A DNA stretch of 64,000 nt from Tubiluchus corallicola (lineage: Eukaryota; Animalia; Priapulida): positions 496,001 through 560,000 of the forward strand of contig JAQGDQ010000073.1 in assembly GCA_030141605.1 (NCBI GenBank). Direction: 5' to 3'. The translations under genes and the position numbers were made by a program. The notes under the pieces are model-generated. The model made no database searches and had not been told where the DNA came from. It was given only the letters and a program-made list of their open reading frames with translations. Within the stretch, counting starts at the first letter, position 1. The number at the start of each line of letters is the position of its first letter. Shown piece after piece: positions 55,775 through 64,000 of the stretch.

Positions 55775-58700
55775 TCGTAACCTAATATGACGTGTGCAGT
55801 GACGTCACCGGTGACGTTCCGAAAAAGTTTGTTCAGTGACTTAAAACAGTTTTTCGGTGTTTTATGCAAGTTATTGCATTTAGTCTTTATTTTTTAGTCA
55901 GCGCTTTCTCACTGTAATTAATTGGCAAGCGTATGGTAAATGCTTTCGTCACTGATTACGTTTTGATGACATCAATGATGACGTTCTAAAGGATATTAAT
56001 AATGACGTTCCGAAGCAATATGTTGCGATTTACGATCAATTTAGACGCACGAAGATATCTGGTATGGCAACAGCGTTTATCGACGCGTAATTATTATCCA
56101 TAATTGTCGCAGTAGTAATGCTGAACAATCGAAGGTATCCACTATTGCTGAAGCAAAATTAGTCAAATGAATAAGTGAATGTAAAATAATTTGAAGCAAA
56201 CAAATGTATAAATTCAAATTTTGTCTGAAATTGTACTATAACACTTGCCAGAATTGTTTCAACAAATTAGACAAAAATCTGTGAGTCTAGTTAAAGCGAA
56301 ATTATATAAGTATATTATTGTGATCCTAATGTATTGTAGTCACCCAACAACTTATTCTTCGAATTATAATTTGCCAAGTGATTTAATTGCATGTGCATGT
56401 TAGTGCAGCAAATCCCGCCTAGGAACGTTCCAACCCTGGCATGAGCATTACAGAAACTTTCTATTATTATCAAAAACAACAATAAAAATAATGTATCTCG
56501 AATTTTCACCTAGAATTTCATTAGACGAGAGGTAGAACAGTAAAAAATAAAACTAAAAAGTGCAATTTAGTACTACCTTTATGAATGACATTTAATAATT
56601 AAGACACTTTATTATAAAGAAGAAGGAAAAAAGGAGAAAGACAAGGAGGAAGAGACGGAAATAGAAACTTTATAAATCACTCCTTGCAATTAAGAATTTA
56701 ATTTTTATATGACAAATAACTGTGGCAAAAATGTTCTAATTAGAACTCCCAAAAATTTCGCCTTTTAACGCGTTTATAATAGCTCGATCATTTTCTTTAA
56801 TAACTCGATCGTATTTCAGTGATTAATTAGTTTGGCGTCGTTAATTAAACACAGATGAATTTTATTTTATTATGTACTAATCAGTAGAGGCAGTCTGTAC
56901 GAATTGACGTTGAGAATGACGCATAGATTTTATAATTTTATTTTTGTACATTTCTATACAGTAAGAAAGAGACGCATTATAAAAGCGTTGACAATAGTAT
57001 TACAGTGCCTAACGGACTTCATTTTCAGTCAGGAAATTTTATGAGTTATTTGTCGTGATTGCTAGAAAACCCCAGTTGAAGTTTATGTCACAATGCGTCG
57101 TTTCATGTGATATCATCTTCATTATAGAACCACATCCGGTCTACATCTTCCGGTGCATTCACAGGTCTAGTATTTTAATGTAACGGTCACATTCTGAGGC
57201 TGTTTATCACTGATTTGGGGGAAAGTTCTTTTTTGAAGAGAGGGCAAGGATGACAACTTAAAGGCACACGCTACACGCGTCGCATCCAGGGGTGCTGATA
57301 TACTTCCGCTCTTAATTTTGAACAAAGAAAGCTATAGACACTCTCATTGTATGCTGATTACGTGTAGAAATGTCGGTTAAATTTAAAGCTCGTCTTATAC
57401 CCGCCGAACTGCTCATTTATTGCTCGTAATTAAACGGAAAGTTGACGAACGGTTTCCGGAATAATACAGTCAACAATCTGCCGTTGAAACTTTAGTGTTT
57501 CCATATAGTTTAAAAAGCATCCAAACAGTTTCAAGCTCTTTACCAGAAAGCTGAAATTTAGTCAACGCTAAGTTGTAAACGTTGAGACATTGCTGTTACT
57601 TTGTTTACGTAAAGTTGTAAATAAATTATTTTGGAAAGCAGGCGTTTCAACAGACATCGAATTTTTTAAAAATATTTTTAGTTTTTAAACTCAACTGATT
57701 TATTAAAATTTAAAATGTTAAAGACGATGTACATGTTTAAAATCAGCTTATTTCTTATAAGCTTAAAAGTTAAGTCTTTAAAAAATTTTACAACTGAGAA
57801 CCACCTGCCAAAACACTTAAATTTCATTTTAAAGTATTGTGCGTAGTGTAGTATCTAGACTCTAGTGTCAACAACTATTTTAAGAATCCGCAAGAAATAT
57901 ATTACAATACATATCTTCAAAGTTTTGTTTTCAAAGATTCACATAGATGCTTCGGTAGATCATTTTAAAATTTAGCTTTTAAATTTGAATTTAAAATTGT
58001 TTGCAATGCTTGTTAAATTTGTAAACTATGAAATAATTTTTCTTGACTAGTTTATTCAGAAAGTTTTATCCATTGTTTTAACAGACCGTTTACAGCAACG
58101 AAATGTTGTAACTAAACCAAAATAGTTATAAAATTAATATGTATAAATGTGTAGGTTTTTCGTAAGAGCTATAAAATTTGTGAAAAATAAGATATTGTTA
58201 ACTATAAAACTTAAAAAAATATGAGAACTTATAGACGGTAAGAATTGCTCGGAAAAAAATCTATATTTATCAAAACAATAATTTTTACTTAAGAGTTATT
58301 AGTTGCTTTCTTTTAGAATGCATATACAAAGCAGTTCTGTATATAATTCTCTAATATCTTATATATATATATAGCCTGCAAAGTGGAAAATGAGTTTCTT
58401 TCAAACTTGCAAAGTAGAAAAATGATTTTCTTTCGAAATCGTAAGCAGATTTTTTGGCAATTAGCCCAAAATTTCCCGGTTTTTTATGTAGGAACGCTAG
58501 TCATCTCTGAGGCAAACCATCATACATTTTTGCTTTTACGACAGTGTAGGACTCCTATAGAATAAAGATTACCTATATGCGATATGTAAGGCGAGAATTC
58601 TGTCTACTCCGCCAGGAAATTTCATTTTATCTTTTAATTACTAATTAATCTCAATTGTAAGCATTGGACAATAATTAAAACTGCCGTCATGTGTGATTGC

Positions 58701-61700
58701 AAGAAAGCTAAATGAAATTGAATTAAAATCTTAATCGCAGAAATTCGTGTTAGGCGCGTGCTTCGACTACGCAGACTTATTTGAAGAACACTTGTGAGAT
58801 GTCAAGTAGGGGAAGTTTAGATTCAAGACGCTACCTAAACGCTTGTTTAACTTTAAGGCCCCGTTTAACTCTTTGGCGGTGTTTTGCCGCCTTGCCCCCG
58901 AGCTAATATCAAGCTTGTAATGATTGTCCATAACGAGGTAGGCAGATCAAATGAAATTACATAAGTTAAAATCGGAATTAATTTGATTGTAACATTTTGT
59001 TGCATGTGGTAATTTGTATAAGCATATAGTACATTAAAGTAACAGGAACTTTAGGGCGTGTTTTAAATTTCTGGTAGTAAATAAGAAACAAACATTATCA
59101 ATTTTAAATAATTAATTAAGATTAAGAAACTATGCAAACTTTAAAGTTTGTAATTGAGTATACTCCATTAGTCCAACTGCATAATTCTCGGTGAACGTTA
59201 AATGTTAGGATATTCTAAGAAAGTTTTAAATTCGAAACTTCGTTTTGTATTAATTGAACAGAAAAACAGAGCCTAATTAAGAAACCTCATAAACATAAAC
59301 GAATTATAAGAACCGCAAGTGGTGAAACGAGCAAAAGAACTTAAGGAAGTAAACAAGGTGGGGCTGGGGGTGACTTCCCAAAGGTACCTATTTTAAACTT
59401 TAGCAGGCGGGTAAGAGGCTTGTTTTTTGTTACAGTAGAAGTCGGTAGCTTAAATTTAAAGGGACCAACAACATACCGCATAACCAAGCAATTTCGTCAG
59501 TTACTTTGGACCAAAGAAATACAATTACATAGGTTACAATGAAATGATTCGTTGGTTTTTCTTTTTGAATTTTAGAGTAAATGTCGCGGACAAGTTAAAC
59601 TATATACTAGTTATTACAATCTTTGGTTTTAACGTTTATTTTACTGAAAGTTGAATTTTATCATCGCTTTAAAATGAATTTTCGTTTTATATGGAAAAGT
59701 CGAGTTATAATTTAATTTCATTTTAGAAAAAAATAAAACTTACAACCTTATAACAAACTCATTTTTTTCAATTATACTGATTTGATGATTAAATTATGTT
59801 TTGTGTGAGGTCTATAATTTATATACCAAAAATTATGAAATGAAAATAAAAAATGAAAGTAAATGCAATAAAATTCTTTCTACCGGTGCTTGTACAAACA
59901 ACACAGGAAAAATCGAATATTTCTAGAAAAGAATCAAACAAATATTTTATCTTTTGCACTTGTCTCTCACGTAATATTTAGTTCACAATTCCGTCGCACC
60001 TTCAATAAATTTTAGCTCAACTTTTCGCTTAATTAACGTTGCACGCAACCAACTTTTTTCTCCACAAAAAAGTCACTTTTGTATATTCGCGACACGTCAC
60101 GCTATACCTAGGCACTGCCTCTTCATCAACTACCTGTTGCTGCTATCACATCAAACCATCCGATATTAGTTCTGCTTATAAGTTTTCAATTGCTCTCTGG
60201 GTGACCATCCGTGCAGTTCGGGCAGTCCGTTTATGAGCGAGTCAAATATGCTAGGAGGTGGAACCCAGAGTGTGGCAATATTTTTGTCTGCTCGCCCAAG
60301 AACTCAAGAAACCATCCGTTTGGAAAAAAGATACGTATTGTCTTCGCACTTTTCTCAAAATTATCACATAAATTTTTTAGGTAAAAGTAGCGCGTTATAC
60401 TATGTATGCATGGCTCCATACAAAAGGCTTGTCACATTTTCGTACTTTTTCAGCATCTAGAAAGAAAACGCAAAAATATGCCGCAAAAAGCACGAGTACT
60501 GAGTGCGAGGTTATCAGTTCCAGCCGTTTCACATTAAGAAGCAACAGTTTCTTTTTAGCGAGGATCCCTAAAACAAATGCCATAGAGGACCAGTATTAAA
60601 TTTGATATATCTGCAAGGTTAAAACAAGAAAATCTAATTATATTCTTGTGTTTTTTAGATTAAAAAATACTATTTTACTACTGGTTTTAGTCACACATAA
60701 ACTTGAAGAAAGTGAAGCACAAATCAATGCACGTTAAACTACACAACGTCAAGTCCCACGCTGTTGTTGGGACAATAACCATTGCAAGATCCTAGGGAAA
60801 ACTATGGCAGTAAAGTTTATTGAAATTTTACCACTGGTGTCTGCATGGCGAAGCGAGTGATTTTCTGTTTACCGTCTGAAATAGCAGCAAACTACGCGCA
60901 ACGAAATGAGAAATCTTCGTCTAGTGACGTCACTGTGTAAACAAAACCAGTTACGCCCAGTGAATCGTAAAATGTCGCAATTTTTGGATACTTAACAAGG
61001 GGAAAATGGGCAAATTTGTTTGTTTTAGCTCTTACATAGTTCAACATGCAAAAAGTGAGGCAGTAAATGTAGCTTATTAAAGTTAAATAAGCTAGGCGAC
61101 GATTAAATTATACGTACAGCGCACCATAGCTTTATTTAATCCACAGCTCGCTATAACACTTACGTGTAACTGAAATACAGAAACAAGTTCTGTCACCAGA
61201 AATCGACATTCCTCTTTAAATTTCTTACATGCCTAGTCACTTGTGTTTCTTAAATTTGTGCATTGGAGGAAGCGTTTTGTTAACTTTGCGTGATTACTTA
61301 AGTGCATAAATATTTTAACGAAAAAATATCAAAGAAACAACCAGACGACCTACCGATCGACCAACCACTGTCAGTCAGCCAAGAAACTAGCCAACCGACC
61401 GACTGACTTACTGATTAAACCATCACTCGGCCAACCAATCAACAAAATAAACAAACGTGCAAGCAGGGAAGCAAGCAAGCAAACAAGCAAAAAACAAACA
61501 AACAATTGGAAAGTTTATGAACAGGGAATTCTGTCAGACTTCTCTATCCGGTGGCACACGTGCTAAACTGACAATAATCCTGTTTTCAGTCTTATTATAT
61601 GACATGGACCGCTGAGGCAGGTAAATAGGGGTGAAATTCGCCCACATTTTTGCAAAAAGAGCAGGCTTAGCTGCTTAAATTGCCTATCATTTTGCCATGA

Positions 61701-63199
61701 GTCATCGATTCAGGTAAAACTGGTAAATATAATTTAGGTTAAAATATAGCTTAAGCGCTGATTATACGTTAATAACAAAGTGCATGCTGTTTAGTGGGCG
61801 TGGCTAGATGGACTACCCACACACGAAAGTATGGAGTTAGCACAGTGAGATACTATGTAGCGGATTTGAAATTGTGGAACAAGTAAAAAGATGTGCAAAG
61901 TTAACTTCAGATATTTGCACTAACAAAATACAAGCATTTTTAATTTCTTGCGTGGCATTTTTTAGAAATATAATATTTTATCACTGTTTTTGTTTTTTTT
62001 AAATGAAAGGATCCATGTAATCATATTCATGACATTATATGGTGTGTGTTGTTTTGTGTATTACACTTTTTAATTCGTCTAGCATGCGGCAAATCTCATT
62101 ACAAGATTCTATCGTCTAGTCTACATTATACGTAAATTAGGCTTACACTAATGCTGACGGAAACCCCCTCTGTGGAAGATCATAATTACCGTACTATAAT
62201 TAAAACTCTGGCACAGTTTTAACCAAGAAATCATAAGGGGGTCTTCTTGGCGTTGTATTCGCTACATGTAACTGTGCAAACTTTGACTAGAATGTCAAGC
62301 TTCCATAAAATCACCCGTCGGCGCCTTTGAACAAGGCTTGTATTTGGGCAAAATTAACATATAATTCGTGGGTATAAAATTTCTTCGTGGATTACATACG
62401 CAAGAACTTCTTGCCTCTGTTGTGCCACACGCACGTACATGCGATTACCAAATTTTATAAAATAAGTATTATAAAATGCAGAGAATATTTATTTATTTTT
62501 ATCTTGACATCTAATTTTTCAGATTCTTCCATTCAGAAGTTTCAAATAATACAATATAAAAACAACTTAAAATAAAATCATAATTCATAAATTAATGAAA
62601 TATCCAAGGCAGTTTGCACTGAATATCTAGTGAATTATGAATTTAATCGGAATTCTTTTTATATTGTATCATATTGTTTCAATCCTCTATGGAGTATATA
62701 GTGATGTGGCAGTTTCACAGGCACGCGAACAATCGTCCCACACGGCAATGAAAGATTATATTCAAAATAGCTTCTGTTGACACGCAGTGTTGAGCATGAA
62801 AGTTTTTGCCCAATTTCTTCTGTTTGGACAGGAGAGGAGCAAAAAACAAACGCCTCCCTGCCACATTTTCTTCTCCGCGTAGTTTTTATGCAGAGATTAG
62901 CGGATCTGACTCACCTAATTAACCAGGCACTTAAACACGGTTATTTTCTCCCCGTTTACACTGTTATTTTGAGCCAGGTGTGCATAACATACCTGCCTAA
63001 CCTGCCACAACTCATTGGTTCGCCCTAACGTTTGATCTTGAACTAGTCAAATGCACGACAGGTACTCAGAGTCTTTAGGTAATAGTAAAGAGTTCCGTTA
63101 TAATGCAGATGTAGGAACATGTTCGCAGTATATACAACATTTTTGTTGTTTGTAGCCTCATTAGTCGCAATACGAAAATTATTTTAGTCTAATTAGTCT

Positions 63200-64000
63200 G
63201 CCTGTGCATCTAACTTGCGGTTTGTTAAGTGTAAGACATGAATAATTAACTCCAAATAGACCAAATAATCTTGGAATTTTCTCATAATTGCCTTTTGCAA
63301 CTGGTGACGTTCCAATATTTCATTTGGCTCCAGATGGTGTACTGTCTTTGTTCTTAAATAACTTGTTTCTCGCGCATTTACAAAAGAACTTTCAGCCTAT
63401 TAAAGTGTTTTATAACGTTTTTGCGTATAAAGAAAGACACAGAATAAACACACAATTATAACACACAATAAGAAAGAAGATTCTAAAAAACATTTGTTTA
63501 ATTGCAGAGACAGTTCACTACTTGATGACAAATTTCTTCACCAGTTACTTAGATTATACATCGCCACGTGCTTTGCGGATATTATTCTTCTTACATGGAA
63601 ATTGCTTTTACAAAGCAAATAAACAGCCTGCTTGCGTCGTGTAGGGAAAATTATCAAACCCAGTGTGTGGGGTGAAGCGTTTCATGTAAAACATCAGCAA
63701 ATATTGTATAAAGTCATCTCAGAGTAATCAGGTTTATCTGCATTGACTATAATTATTCAAAAACACACATTTGCCTGGATTTTACTCTTCGTACGTCTTA
63801 AGCAATGTGTTTTCCGTGGATAACAACATCACTCTTTTACAACTTTAACAAGTTTTATCTTGTCAAGACGCCATTTTGGCTGACCCTCTGACGGAGAGCA
63901 ATATTACTATTAAATCTATGTTTTCAGTACATGCTTGAGCTACCTTTGCATTAGAAATCAACTCCCTGTAGTAATTAGGCATTTAGTTCATTAGTCATTA
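63200..64000 (-). mobile_element. Highly decayed LINE RT remnant (tentative)
   Basis: Minus-strand fragments VRGSAK, VVIHGK and TIFADV occur in RT motif order (cf. GIRG.., VVING, FADD). Many stops. Confidence 0.25.

Overview
AT-rich eukaryotic (invertebrate bilaterian animal) genomic DNA, not prokaryotic. The dominant feature is one intron-rich Pax2/5/8 gene on the minus strand, which the ORF track almost entirely misses. I reconstructed it by hand as 10 coding exons, 41186->12529. All junctions are GT-AG and phase-compatible, giving 1458 nt / 485 aa with a paired domain, the octapeptide YSINGILG, no recognisable partial homeodomain, and Pax2-like C-terminal exons. Four more ATG-initiated phase-1 exons (33.7, 35.2, 53.7, 55.7 kb) could splice in frame onto the paired box as alternative first exons. 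The two paired-box exons are bracketed by two nested pairs of mutually complementary microsatellites. The rest is intron or intergenic DNA containing a 5'-truncated, mutated CR1/L2-group LINE (about 1.8-4.7 kb), tRNA-derived SINEs, a probable solo LTR, hAT-type MITEs, many microsatellites and several enhancer/promoter-like islands. All calls come from manual reading; no database search or transcript evidence was available.
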